Origin: Octopus sinensis
Taxonomy: Eukaryota
Reading direction: 5' to 3'
Length of the DNA stretch: 64,000 nucleotides
Assembly (NCBI RefSeq): GCF_006345805.1
Contig: NC_042999.1
Coordinates: 82,832,001 to 82,896,000 of the forward strand
The position numbers and the translations under genes are program-made. Position 1 is the stretch's first letter, and each line of letters begins with the position of its first letter. Of this stretch, positions 23,560 to 36,908 are shown one piece after another. The notes under the pieces were generated by a model, which worked only from the letters and a program-made list of their open reading frames with translations, was not told the origin of the DNA and made no database searches.

Positions 23560-23880
23560 GAGACAGCTATAGTACTACTCATCTGTCAAGGAACACAAGA
23601 TGTTCCTTGTGACTGAATTCACAGTGCCCTTTCAGGGCAGATTTGACACGTCTCACTAAATGAAGAGAGCAAATATCAAGACATCAATACTTAGTCAATG
23701 AGACTTTTCTCGAAGTATGGCAACAGTCTCATTCTTCGTTGAAGCCAGCTTTCGTGGTTTCCCAGCAAGATCTGTGTGCTATTTCTTACTGAAAATTGGA
23801 CTGGAACTCAAACAACAGGAAAGCTATCAAAAAGTTAGTAATATCAGTTCAGACCAGCTGTGTATATGTACTTATATTTA
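23560..23880 (+). mobile_element. Degenerate restriction-like endonuclease domain of an RLE-type (HERO/NeSL/R2-like) non-LTR retrotransposon
   Basis: HKMFLVTEFTVPFQGRFDTSH*MKRA...FFVEASFRGFPARSVCYFLLKIGLE follows the ELTVP...AH..K..KY...VEVGCRGF pattern. Confidence 0.6.
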
Positions 23881-24063
23881 TGTCATGTTCCTTTATATCC
23901 AGGAACTTGTTTTACATATCACTCTATCGTCCAGACTATCGGATGTTATTATACATCACTGGTCACGAAGCCTTTCTTGGAATTGTTTTAGCTTTCGAAT
24001 GAAATTACTGTGCTGGCTAGACGGCCCAATCAACATTCTCGCTTGAAGGAATGCCAGTCCGTC

Positions 24064-24190
24064 GCTGAGTAAACTGAGTACAGCTGAGTAAACTGAGTAC
24101 AGCTGAGTAAACTTAGTACAGCTGAGTAAACTTAGTACAGCTGACTAAACTTAGTACAGCTGAGTAAACTGAGTACAGCTGAGTAAACTG
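24064..24190. repeat. 19-bp minisatellite GCTGAGTAAACT(G/T)AGTACA, 6 full units plus 13 bp
   Basis: Units start at 24064, 24083, 24102, 24121, 24140, 24159 and 24178. Confidence 0.95.
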
Positions 24191-24589
24191 GAACAATATG
24201 AAATAAAACACAACGCACCGCTAGTCTGAAAATTGAAACTACAAACCTGCGATCGAGATTACAATACCTTAACTATCGTGTACACGTTTTCACATTTTAC
24301 AATTAAAAATTCAATAACATAAGTACCTTTCTGAAATAAGAACAGGGGTTGATAAAATCAACTAAAACCATCGCAGACAGTACCAAAGCATGGCCGTTGT
24401 CCAATGACTGAAACTAGAAAAAAAGGAGGGAAACTCTAATGATACTTTAGTTTATCCAACCCAGGATGTACTTTGCAACAGCAGAAGCAACACTACATTA
24501 CCAACAGCATAACAAAGGCGAACATATTTGCTACTGTCAAGCAGTCTTGTGAGTAGATTTGGTAGACGGAAACTGAAAGAAGATCAAAG

Positions 24590-24815
24590 GTCCTTCGCGA
24601 GCCATAGGCTCATAAGGCTGTCTTGCTCGGATTTTGTGAAACATGTAATTTGGGACGAGACACAGGTCTATTCATTTTTGCCTGCTGAATAAAGTGGAGC
24701 AACGTGGTCTGAAGTATTCTTCTCAAGAACACAACTCGCCACCCGGTCTAGGAATCGAAACCACAATCTTACGATCATGAGTACATCCTAACCATTAAGC
24801 CACACGTCTCCACTC
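24590..24815 (-). mobile_element. SINE family C copy
   Basis: Head and tail (GAGCCATAGGCTCATAAG) match 36660-36908. Confidence 0.8.
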
Positions 24816-24859
24816 GGTGTGTGTATGTGTGTGTGCGTGTGTGTGTGTAAATATATGTA

Positions 24860-25560
24860 TGTTTATGATTGCATGTGTCTGTCTTTGTGTTGTTTGTATT
24901 TGTCCCTCACCACTGTTTCTGAACCGGTGTTGGTTTGTTTGTGTGCACGTAGCTTAGTGGTTCGGCGTAAGTGATCGCTAGAATAAGTACCAGATTTAAA
25001 TACGAAAACAAAGTGTACTGAAGTTAATTTATTCGACTAAACTCTTCAAGGTGGTGCACCAGCATGACCGCAGAACAATGACTAAAATAAGAAAAAAATA
25101 AAAGAACAAAAATACTATAGAAAAGAAAATATACTCCCCCCCCCCTCTCTCTGCTAAGAGCAAACTGTCTCGCCATAAAGCCTAAAGACGAAGATAAGAT
25201 TAAAAGAAATCTAATTTATATATCTTTTATCTTTTACTTGTTTCCGTCATTGGACTGTGGTCATGCTGGGGCACCGCCTTCAAGTCTTTATTCGAACTAA
25301 ATGACTCCAGTACTTATTTTCAGGCTCTTATTCTCTCGGTCTATTTTTTACCTAATTGCTCAATCACTTGGACGAAAACAAACCAACAACAGTTGTCAAG
25401 CGGTGGTGGGCGACAAACATAAGGACACACACAAACACACACACACACACACACACCTGTTGCGGGTCAAGTCCTACTGCATCGCAACTTGGGCAAGTGT
25501 CTTCTATTATAACTTCGGACCGACCAAAGCCTTGTGAGTGGATTTGGTTGAGAAGCCCGT
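24860..25560. mobile_element. SINE family B fragments: 24860-25085 (+), 25225-25440 (-), 25475-25560 (+)
   Basis: Homology to 16040-16435. The first two form a tail-to-tail inverted pair. Confidence 0.8.
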
Positions 25561-25622
25561 CATATATATATGGCGATTTTCTTTCTCCGTCTTCACTTAC
25601 TTGGATTTTTCTTTTTTTCTAT

Positions 25623-25745
25623 ATTTCTGACGAAGAGCTCCGATCTAAACGTTAAATCATCCTTCTTTCTTTCCTTTCCTGAGCGCCCAATAACACTATA
25701 CTTGTTCCACATCCTCGCGTTGTTGTGTTTTCTCTTTGTTCATGT
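25623..25745 (+). mobile_element. PLE pseudo-LTR remnant with a minimal hammerhead motif (25623-25657)
   Basis: ATTT-CTGACGA-A-GAGC-TCC-GATC-TAAAC-GTT-AAAT, same family as 1553-1700. Confidence 0.6.
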
Positions 25746-25751
25746 TTAGAT

Positions 25752-25837
<86 letters not shown>

Positions 25838-26456
25838 TATATATATATGTATATATAAATGACGAAGAGAATAAGCAGACCAAAACGTAGCAACCGTTTG
25901 GCGAAGAAATCAAGAGGAAGTGTGAAAGATCTTAGTTTTATCACAAAAGAGAAAAAAATGTAATAGAAAAGTGAATGGAACAGTCAAGCTCACAAATTAG
26001 AAACCCCTTAGCGCAACTATCAAAATAACATCAAAAGTAGCAGATACTAGAAAAACTCCAACGCACAATAGCAGCCAAATCACGTCACCAACAACAATAG
26101 GAACGTGACAACAATCACAACAAATACATCAAAAGGAACTGCAAAATCAGTCAAACACGCAAGAAACAAACTCCATCAATTTCAGTGTTGTAAATAAAAA
26201 CGACAGTGAATTGATGAAGTATATATCAACACAACTGAACAGCAATATAGAGACAGCGGGGTAACGATTTTAAAGATTTCAACCTCAAAACTCCAAAGTT
26301 GACTGGCGTCTACAAAACTTTGCTAAATAAATTCTACTCAGAAAAGGGATAGACAAAAGACTATAAGAGGGAACATTCTCTCGAAGAGAAGATCAGATTA
26401 CCCATCCTTCTCAAAGATCGAGATGACTTACTTCTCTTTTCTTTTCTCCAACAAAC

Positions 26457-26755
26457 ATGCCTGTACTTAAAATGGGGTGTGTAAATGTATGCAGCCTGGA
26501 TCCAACTTGAAATTAAGGCCACTTTCTCAATTACCACAAGTCATTAGACAGTGATGTAGCAGCCATTAGTAGGCTCGTGATTTTTGGAGTACTCTAACTT
26601 GTGTCTGTTTTCGATTAGGTATTTTTATATCGTTGTCTAATGAGATTGTGTAAGGCGGATTAGTGGTTATATTCTGGAACACCTTAAATTTCGAGGTACG
26701 GACAATCATCATGAAGCGGGGGTTAAATTAACATGATCCTGGATGTGAACGGCAC
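26457..26755 (+). mobile_element. Degenerate AP-endonuclease N-terminus of an L1/Tx1-like ORF2 (ORF1 remnant possibly upstream from ~25860)
   Basis: MPVLKMGCVNVCSLDPT*N*GHFLNYHKSLDSDVAAIS aligns with MALLRICNINACCLGLPGKQGYLLSDLTSLRVDVVAISETRL at 46230-46415. Confidence 0.65.
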
Positions 26756-27774
26756 TACCACAACCACCACCACCACTACCACCATCACTACTACTACTAC
26801 TACTACTACTTTTTCTTCTTTTTCTTCTTTTTCTTCTTCTTTACTCCTTTAAGCAATAAGACTGCCTCTACAATTAGCCTCACCCCCATCTTCTCAATTC
26901 TTCATCTTCTCTCACACCTTTTAATTCCTTGTTTCTGTTTCTTCCATTTCTCCTCCTATGTCACTCACTGCTACCACTACAGTCACTACCACAAAAAAAA
27001 AGAGAGAAATAAAGAAAATGGCGAAAGAACGAGACGAAGGAGAGTAAAAATAGAATGAAGGGAGAAACATGAACAACAGAGCAACAGTATTGTGAGGGGG
27101 AGAGATAGGGGTAAAGAATACAAGGCAGAAAAACGAAAAGAAGAAATATGTACGAAAAAAACTGAAATCAAAGGAATAAACAAAGAAGAATCAGAGAGAG
27201 TACCAACGAAGATGATAAACTGAAATAGTAACTGCTTGGACAGAAAACAAACAGCAGCGAAAAAAAAAAAGAAAGGAAAGACAAAAGTGAACAACTGTGG
27301 AGAAATCTACGCCATATTTCAATAGCTGAAAGAATATGTAAGTAATTCGTAGCTGAAAACCGCACATTCTTTTTAGATTCGAGAATTCCACTGCGCTACT
27401 TAATTCCAGATCCGAAATGTTTAGTAAATGTAAGCACATCGACAAATTTAATTTGTCGAACTGGAGGACCTCTCCGGATTGAATTGCTATTTCACACACT
27501 TTGGCTCCCTCCTCATATTATTCTTCGCCAGTTATGATTTCTACAGATAAAGTGAACACAGATCTTGGTTTTCTTTTTATTTCTTCCTTCTCGTTCCATT
27601 TTCGCATCAACTTTCTCGTATTTTTTTCTCATGTTCTCTCATAGACCAGCATCCTCATTTTCAAAAAGACTACCTTGAGACATATGGCATGTTATATAAA
27701 TCAGTCGAATTATTTGGTCTCCGCGGTATGAAACTATTAATAGCTCTTTTCTAAATACTGTGTATATTAAATGA

Positions 27775-27810
<36 letters not shown>

Positions 27811-29244
27811 AACACGCATACATACATATATACATACATACACCCACGTACACACATCAGGTATTTTCAGATGAACCATTTAATGTAGCATACATTCCAT
27901 TGCTTTCCATCATCGACTACACCCAACAAGCTGAGGAGGCACGGGTTGCATTCCAGTTTACTTATGCATGATAGCCTCCATAGAACTCTCCATGTTCATT
28001 GAACATTCCATTAACGTTAACTGTTAGATTTTAATTTCAAATACGTGCATGTATCTGCTGTTCGTTTAGATGAGTGTTCTTTTTATATTATTATTAAGTC
28101 AGAAGTCAAGCATGATTTGAGCAGACCTATATTTAAAGGCATTTCAAGACAACCTAATCGTTTTATGGAAATTTTAGGCTATCAGAATCTAATGTTCTCC
28201 TTTGTTTTGAGACAGTTGAATGAGATTTGATGACGACTTGACTACTATTTCTAGGGAGCTGACCAATCAAGTAGTGTCTTCCTCGTTCCGTCGTGTAAGT
28301 GTGTATAAATGCATTAGTTGCCCATACTATCCATGCTAAACATTTAATCACAAGTGATTCAAGAGATTGTTTGTTTGTATGCTTGTTTTCCTAATTAGTT
28401 TTTAGCACGTTTCACAGATGATTCTAAAGAGATAATTAACATTCTTCCAAGCGGGGGTGAAAGCCTTTGCTGGAAGAATTTCACTAATGGATTTTTGGAT
28501 GACAGATTCATTCATTTACGAGGATGGTCTAAATTCTCAGATATGCGACCAGGTCATCAGATGTATCCATAAATAATACTACAAAATTTTAAACGTCAGA
28601 TAATCGCACACCAAAACTACAGACACCGGTATGCTTTATATACATGCATATATATATACGCATATAAATGCATATATAATTTTGTATGTATGTTTGTACG
28701 TATTACGGTTATATTGGCTACATTCTATATAAACTGTATGACTTGGGTATGGAATATCGGGTTAATCGGGTTGGTTGGGTGTTAGAGATGGTGAGCGGAC
28801 ACACTCAAAGACCTTCTCGGAATTATGGAACTCTAGTTCTATTTAGGTGGCACAGATCGAACATTACGCTATTCTGTGGGTGGTCTTGGTTAGGGAAGAC
28901 TAAAAGAAAACCCTGATATGAAACATCCAGTTGATGCATCTACAGTCATTATGATCTTGTCTTGTCGCTGGAGCATGGTAGCTGATACTTAGTGAGTGGT
29001 ATTTGTGTTGCGTGAGCGACTGTCAGAGTAATCCCTGTAAAGTACACTCAAACACTACAGTACATTATGATTCTTAGAACTATTACTATCCAGCATCGAA
29101 ATATTTTATGAGGAATAGAACAAAATAACCAGTCTCTCAAAATGTTTTGGATTATGTGACATGCAAACTTGACGACAGATGATTTATGTTAAGATTGTTT
29201 TCTTTGATCTTCGCAATTAGGAGTGGAATCTTTTATGACTGAGC

Positions 29245-30820
29245 AGCTTTACTTCAACAACTCAACTTCTTCTATTCAAGTCTGGTTTCTACTATAAGTA
29301 TATTTGAGCCACATGCTGCTGTCCTGACGCTGGCATAAGCATTATTCTATATTTACAGTGAGTTCAATAAGCAATAAAAGCATGAGTCTAGAAAATGCGT
29401 TCCAAACCTGCCCCACAGGTTGGATTGACAATAGTGCCTGGTATCTGTTCAATTCAGTAGGAACAGCAAACGTAAAAACATAAATAAATGATAGATAGAT
29501 CTACAAATGCGCTGTAAGAATGAATGGACCCCAACTGGACGATGAAAAATCTAGCACGCCTCAGTACCGTTCTGCACATATTGCAGCAGAGCTTGACTGA
29601 AAATGCATATTGCTGTCTTTTCCGAGAAACGATTGTCAGTCAATTAAAGTGGGTTGAGGTTAACAGTTTCGTTTGGATTTGACAGACCATTAGACAAGAA
29701 ACAATAGGATGGCGTTCACTTTGCCCTATGAAAAACCTAGGTGACAGGCTAGATGACTTGTCATCCAGTGTGAATGACAATATCAATAAACTCCGCTGTG
29801 AGAATATAGTGGAAACAGCGCTAGGAAGCTTAAAACCAGTCTAATGTAACATCATTACAGCAACAAGTTTAGGGCAAGGGAATTATTAATGCATGCAGCA
29901 ACTCTTCACTCAGCGGAAGAAACTCTGTTTCCAATTTTCGAGAATCTTAGAAATGTAATTGTTTTCTTATGATGATGGCTTGTATGATAATTTTGTGAAC
30001 CACTCGGAAAATATAAGAAAATAAAGTGCCTTTATTGCTTATTGAACTTCCTGTAAACATAAAGTAATGCTTATGCCAGCTCCAGGACAGCAGTATGTGG
30101 GTCAAATATTCTTGTCCTAGAAACCAGACTTGAATAGAAGATGAGTTGTTGAAGGAAGCAATTTTTGGCAAGTTTTAGACCCGTATAATTCTCTTCAGTA
30201 CCCTTCGGTGATGACACAATATACTCTGCATTCCTTCGATAGGCAGGATTCTTTGAACGGACGTGCTTGGCAGGTGAGATGGTGATTGTGGTGATATTTC
30301 TAGTTATACCTTTGATCTAGAAAACTGCTTCACGGTGTGTGAACTTTTGTGTTAACGTCTATGTTAACTCCTCCTAGTTTTATTCTACTGTAAATTCTGA
30401 TTTCTATTGATTATTTTTTCACTGAAGTTTATCCTAGCTAGCACATCTTCATTATAAGTGTGTGCCCCATAAAAGATATCCCTGCATCAGAAACTCGTCT
30501 AACTAAGGCCGGTAGGTGGTTGGAAGTTTTATTAATGTAAATGATATCTTGATTTGGCTTTCTAAAGAAATACTGTTTGTCTAACTTTACATCTAATGTC
30601 TAGGTTACTGCTAATAGTTATGTTTAAACCAAATTCCTAATATATTTCTATTACATCCTTCTTGCGTCTAATCATTGGGTAATACATATTGTATGAGTTT
30701 GCTAATGCATCACCTCGGTACATTCCGGAAAATATAGTGAAAACAGCGCTAGGAAGCTTAAAACCAGTCATGTCTAATGTAACATCATTACAGTCACAAG
30801 TCCAGGGGCAAGGGAATTAT
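29245..30820. repeat. Locally rearranged unique sequence: inverted duplicate (29245-29385 vs 30025-30165) and direct duplicate (29795-29888 vs 30725-30820)
   Basis: TTCTATTCAAGTCTGGTTTCTA...GCTGGCATAAGCATTA is seen on both strands. AATATAGTG(G/A)AAACAGCGCTAGGAAGCTTAAAACCAGTC...GGGCAAGGGAATTATT is seen twice. Confidence 0.85.
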
Positions 30821-31318
30821 TGCTTTTGCCCATATGATAAGTTCCAAATCTTGAAACTATTCATGACATTCCTTAACCGGAGCATAAATATTGTCCGCTT
30901 CTTGTTTCCAGTAGAAGTTTTATTTGGTAACCTTCCATATTTCCTAGGTGCCTGAACATCACAACGAATACAAATTAGATTCAAAGAAATTGCCTCTTAA
31001 ACACTACCACTGGGGAAATATTCAGAAACAAAATCGGTACCCCAATCATTTTCTCCTAAAGAACATGATTTTTTTTTTTTTAGCCCTAGAATTTCGAAAA
31101 CTGGTTTCAAGATAAGAAAATTCTATTGCGAACGATGTTGATTATATTTTGAATAAATATATTTACGACATGCTTTACGCTGTTTTGAATCCATTACACG
31201 AAACACGACATTATTTTTTCGGTTCTCCTAACACACACACACACATACACACATACCTACATTATTAAAAATTATCACCCAAGCTCCAAAGCGGCTGGTG
31301 TGGCCTGCCGAGTGTGTG

Positions 31319-31358
<40 letters not shown>

Positions 31359-31817
31359 GAGGGAGAGAAATAGATGGATAGTGATCTGATGTGCATGTAC
31401 GTGAAACGTTTAATATGCATGTGAAAACATGGATAATAAAATGTAAGTGTATACTTAATCACTTTTTTTCTCGAACCATGAGATATTTGATTTCGTGAAA
31501 GACTGTAGTAGGCTGGCAAATCTTATTTTGTTCAATTGGAATTTATTAAATTACCAAATCGCTGGGATGTCACATTAAAATTCACCTCTTCGCATTCTGG
31601 TGGATTGCACCAGCGGCTTTCGCCTCTTTCTTTCACGAGCTTAATATAGTGAAAATATTGCTAAAATGCCTAAAACCATTTTTGTCTGATGTAACAGCGT
31701 TACGGCCGTGGATGATTTGAAAACTAAGTGTAAAAGTATATAACTGAAATGACACTTATCTCATAGTCCACTTAAGTGCTCTGTCTACTTATTTAGGGAA
31801 GGTAATATATGTAAGTC

Positions 31818-32105
31818 GAGGCACATGGCCTGGTGGTTAGAGGTCGAGGGATCGCGGGTTCGAATCTCAGACCGGGCGATGTGTGTGTTTATGAGCGAAA
31901 ACACCTACGCTCCACATGGCTCCGGCAGGAGGTAATGACGAACTTCTGCTGAGTCTTTCGCCACAACTTTCTCTCACTCTTTCCTCCTGCATCTTGTAGC
32001 TCACCTGCGACGGACCGGCGTCCCGTCCAGATGGGGAACCTATACGCCAAGAAACCGGGAAACCAGCCCTTATGAGCCAGGCATGGCTCGAGAAGGAACA
32101 AACAA
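31818..32105 (+). mobile_element. tRNA-derived SINE with a distinct head/body but the family C tail
   Basis: A box TGGCCTGGTGGTTAG, B box GGGTTCGAATCTC. The tail CTTATGAGCCAGGCATGGCTCGAGAAGGAAC is shared with 36660-36700 (-). Confidence 0.85.
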
Positions 32106-32414
32106 AAAAATATATGTAAAGCTACATAGTAGGCATGCAAACATGGCAAAATTTAACCATTTCTCTCTAGATTGAAACCAATAACGAACAGCCTTATTCG
32201 ATTATCGACGCTTATTGGGGTCTCATCAACGGTGTCTACACCACTTGGTCAATACCAAAGAAATACGTAGCCAATCTGTTTATATGAACAACAAATCCTG
32301 CAGCTTCAGACAACCAAAGTTATCAATTTGCATACCATAAATGTTCAACACTTTTTATTTAACATCAGCGGTCCGTCAACGGGATCTGAGTGCACATAGT
32401 TGTTTCTCAATATA

Positions 32415-32580
32415 TTCTATTCTGTCGTTTGGAGTTCAAATTCTGTCGAGGTCGACTTTGCCTTTCATCCTTTCGGGGTCGATAAATTAAGTACTGGTAG
32501 CGTACTGGAGTCGATCTAATCGACTGGCTCCGTCCCCCCAAATCCTGGGCCTTGTGCCTAGAGTAAAAAAGAATATATTC
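32415..32580 (+). mobile_element. SINE family A, headless copy
   Basis: B box plus central GTCGACTTTGCCTTTCATCCTTTCGGGGTCGATAAATT and a GGCCTTGTGCCTAGAGT tail. Confidence 0.88.
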
Positions 32581-33226
32581 TATTCTGTTGCATTGATTCA
32601 ATGTGTAACAAGTAGAGATATAGCTATAAGTAGAAATGCTAATTATCTAGTCCTAAGTTGACTGGTTTATGATTAAATAATAGTCACAACAAAGACTGGT
32701 AAATTGTATCGAATTTCTTGTTATAATAGTTTTACGGTTTGACGTTTATTTTAAATTTAATTCACCGAAAATGCTAATTATACATACATTTGCTCATAGA
32801 TATGGGACATGATATGTATTTTAAAACCACAGGATCTGAGGCACTCACAGCCTGAAGCACTGTGTCATAAGAAACACAATTTTACTGAATACAAACTTAG
32901 GTATCTATCATAAGTACCTTTTCTTTTTGTATTAAATAAAGAAAAACGAAGATACAAAAGGCAATGTTGTACACAAGTAACCGACATTTCAAGCTAAAAT
33001 ACAAACTCCTTTTTGACAAAAAAAAAAAGTCAATAGAGTTTCTTTGATATTTGCTGACAAATATACAAGTGTAGAAGTGTATAATTCGTTATCGATATAG
33101 ATAAAATGAAATTCTTTCTACTGAGAATTGAAACAGACTCGTAAAGTTAGATTTCAGGGTCAGGTGATTTTTCCAAATATCGACCACCATTGCACGATAA
33201 ATATTCCAGGATGGCGACAGAAAAAA

Positions 33227-33261
<35 letters not shown>

Positions 33262-33989
33262 GAAGGAAGGAAGGAAGGAAGGAAGGAAGGAAGACAGACA
33301 GACAGACAGAGATAAGTAGACAGATAAGCAGACAGACATAATAGAGGAAAGAAAGCAAATACAGAGAATTTTTTGCAGCGTGGGGATTATTGAACCATCG
33401 ATTCTAAACGGACTTACCAATCGAGCAACAATAAACTTAAAGTCGTGAAACACGGTGAACATGGAAATTGGAGAAGTTGTTTAAGACTAATATCAATATC
33501 GTATACATGTGTGTGTATGTATATGTGTGTGTGTGTGCGTGTGTGGGGGGGGGGTTCCACAAACACATTTACATACATAGCCTGCACACATAAACATACG
33601 CATCAATCGCAGCAGTTCTGGCATGTATAATATAACAACCATTAAAATACATCGACTGTCTCATCTCTCTGCAATTTACCACCGGATAATTAAACCACTT
33701 TTCATATGGCCCACCAGAAGAAGACAAGGAAAAGAAAAGCGTAAAACGGAAAAGAAGATATTCATTATTCAAATTGGTCTGTAGTTATTTCGTTGATATC
33801 GGAAAGAAATATCATATATATATAAATGTCGATATATAAAGCTCCATATCAATAACTGGCACGAATGCCTCCGATAATCTTTATATCCGTTTTGCTTTGT
33901 TGTTACGTAGAAGGCCTAAGCCTCCAACACTCGCAGCAAGCAAAATTTTGTGTTAGGTTCCATCCATCATTCTGCCATACCCCCGGAAT

Positions 33990-35010
33990 AGCACGTGACT
34001 TTTTGGCAGTTCAATATACTATAAAGAACTTCGCGTGAAATGTTGAAGCATCTGGGTAAGTTTTCAGGATTAGTTGAAGCCCTGTGTTACACAAAATTTT
34101 GTTAGAATGTATGAACCATCTGAAGCATTAGCAGCTGTCATGAGAAACACTTAAATTATGAGCTACTAAGGTTCATGTGACTACATTATGAAATTTTGCG
34201 TTCAAAGATTTGAAGGGCTGCAATTAAAATAAACACGAAAGCTATTAAGCAGAAATCGAGGAGATTAGCGATGGATCCATGTCAGCACAGATTTATTCAA
34301 TAAAGTGTCAAAATCTTAATAGCTGCAGTTAAATATATTATTAAAGGGCAATAATTTACTTTTCAGAAATATAATTTTTCAAACTTTACTGAAGTATCAG
34401 AACAGGATCAGAACAGAAAATATATTTAGTGAAGAAGACAAGATATTACAAATGGATCAACTAATTAGAAAGCTCCTATACCATTGATTCCCTCATTCCA
34501 TGCAGCCAGAAGTTGACAGAGCATTGCAAAGGTCGAAAATGGTTAGAGGGTGACATGGGATGGTCGATAATTTTCTAGGTGGTTTCAAAATCCAGTCGTC
34601 GAAAAAAGATTAACTTTATGTTTTAAATTTCTAGAGTTAATCATCTTGACGAAGGGTGGTAATTAACATTTAGAAACCTTACTTATTTCAAAGTTAACTC
34701 TTTTGTACGACTCCTTGTGCAACTTTATCGCTTCATTTCAAGAACAAAATACCGCTCCATTTAAAAAGCTGCCTTACCCATTCCCTAAAGTCGCACATCG
34801 ATGAGGAAATCGGTGTACTGAACTCATACTGTTCTTTGCTATCCTAAAAATGATTGCCTATCCAAATATAATATGTTTACATCAAACAGTGTTAAATCAA
34901 TGGAGAGGTCAGCTATTCTGAAAAGAACAGATACTGAAACAAATGTCTTCTGCGATGTTTGTAAAGCTATGAACGACTTCATTACAGTGGCAAAAGTTAA
35001 GGCCTATGTT
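33990..35010 (+). pseudogene. Possible highly decayed hAT-type transposase remnant
   Basis: Scattered frame-shifted pieces (LKP(L)C.T, DLFNKVSKS**LQ, TIDSLI...EVDR) in the order expected for ZMYM1-like hAT transposases. Weak. Confidence 0.25.
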
Positions 35011-35231
35011 TATGTTAGACTTTTGCCGAAACTTTTTATTTTTTATTTTTTTTGTATCAAACACTGACGAACAACCACTACTGATCAGACCACTTTTTAG
35101 TGCGAGACAACAGAGCATGGTTTTCAATGATGTGGTATATTAAACGCTATAATGATTTGCTTTGTTGGGAAAAGGTACAATCACCATCGTGCCATATGTA
35201 TCTGGGGAGAGGTATATATATATAAATATAT

Positions 35232-35424
35232 AAATAATCAGGAACACAGTGCGTTTTTATTCTCCTCTTTTATAGACATTTTATATATATAGAATAGGAA
35301 GGAGTGCTGTAATTGGTAATCCATTAGGACCCAAGTTCACAACAGGGGCTGGAGCTGGGGAACCGTAGTCCACTTCCGAGTAAGCTTGTACTGAAAATAA
35401 ATTTATATGATCTTATAAGCTTGT
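35232..35424. repeat. Arm 1 of a near-identical inverted duplication (partner 42518-42752)
   Basis: One mismatch over ~120 bp in the core (AGTGCTGTAATTGG...CTTATAAGCTTGT). Confidence 0.92.
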
Positions 35425-35944
35425 TGAAGCACATTCTCACCAATTGTCCATATCCTGTGAGTGAGAGGTACTGCTACTGATACCAGTCGTGGATGTCATA
35501 GCAGGCGCCACCCGCAGTGGGATTAGCCATTATAAGTGCTTCAACAAGAACACTATCTCTTTTGTAAAAGACTTAATTTAAATTTGTTAAATATCCCAGT
35601 GCACCTATCACAGCAGGTATGAATGATAATCTGTAGCACGATACAAGATCTAGAAGTTCTGCATTAGTTCACTATAGATATTCTATTATTGTACAAGTTT
35701 AAACAAGTTACTAATAGCTTATCTCAAAAGTAGCGCATGATTTGTGATCCTTGTGCTATAAACGAAGAACAAACGCAACAAGAAAAAAAATCAACAACGA
35801 GAGTACGTGGTACATGCAAAGTATTAGCAGACGCTCAGGGAAGGAAAGAAAGGTGGTTTTACGTTTCGAGCAAGGCTCTTTGTCTGAAACAGGAGACAGA
35901 GGAAAGTCCAAGAGAAAAGGAAGAGCGACGAAAAGAATCTCCAG

Positions 35945-36560
35945 CGATCCACATGTGGTTACATATATATTCATATATGGGTACAGGACGTCATCAACTG
36001 TGTAGACAAGATGAAATACGAAAACAAATGAGTTAAATACGCAAACAACGAGAGAAGAAAATGGAAAACAAGTAAACACTGAGAAAGACCCTTCATCAGT
36101 TGTCGGCTGTCTATCTACTCCTCATTTCGAGCATTCAACAATATGAGTCTTCAAAGACAGTTGCTCCCATAAATTTCTTTCTCTCTCTTCTACCTTTTCT
36201 CTTTTCAAAGAAAATATTTCTCCCAACGTTCACTATTTTCCTCTCGTTCTAGTCTAACGACCCTCCGTGATTGTTTTCCTTCGGTTTCCTTGTATGTCTC
36301 CACTGTCCTGTTTTTGTTCCCAACTTTGACTCTCCATAAACCCCAAATTTCATTTTGCTACTTATGGGAGCAACTGTCTTTTAAGACTAATATTGTCGTT
36401 GAATGCTCGAAAGGAGGAGTAGTTAGACAGCCGACAACTGATGAAGAGTCGTTCTCTGTGTTTACTTGTGCTGTTTTCCATTTTTCTCTCGTTGTTTGCG
36501 TAACTCGTTTGTTTTTGTATTTCAAGTTGTTTACACGAATGGTGACATCCCGTACCAATA
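35945..36560. repeat. Head-to-head inverted pair of family E repeats (35945-36172 minus, 36361-36560 plus)
   Basis: TTATGGGAGCAACTGTCTTT...GAATGCTCGAAA...GACAGCCGACAACTGATGAAG is read on both strands. Confidence 0.88.
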
Positions 36561-36659
36561 TATATATGTGTGGGGGGGGGGGTGCATGCGTATTTATCGA
36601 TAGATGGAAGACGATTCAATAATTAGTATAAACACTTCTTAAAATAAAAAAGAAAAAAA

Positions 36660-36908
36660 TGTTCCTTCTCGAGCCATGCCAGGCTCATAAGTACCGATTT
36701 CCCGGTTTCAGTGGCGTAGAAATTCGCCACCTGGACGGGACTCCGGTCCGTCGCAAGATTACTCATTTTTGCCAGTTGAATGGACTGGAACAACGTGAAA
36801 TGCAGTGTTTTGCTCAAGAACACAACGCATCACCCGGTCCAGGAATTGAAACCACAACCTTACGATCATGAGTTCAACACCCTAAACACTAAGCCACGCA
36901 CCTCCACT
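36660..36908 (-). mobile_element. SINE family C, near full length
   Basis: Minus-strand head GTGGAGGTGCGTGGCTTAGTGTTTAGGG...GGTTTCAATTCC and block TGTGTTCTTGAGCAAAACAC. Confidence 0.88.

Noticed and set aside
24064-24190. Regular short direct repeats resembling a CRISPR array
   Set aside because: The units are contiguous with no spacers, the DNA is eukaryotic, and there are no cas genes.
27191-27499. 102-aa non-repetitive minus-strand ORF (CEIAIQSGEVLQFDKLNLSMCLHLL...) as a host exon
   Set aside because: No recognisable domain, no supported splice sites, and it runs into low-complexity sequence.
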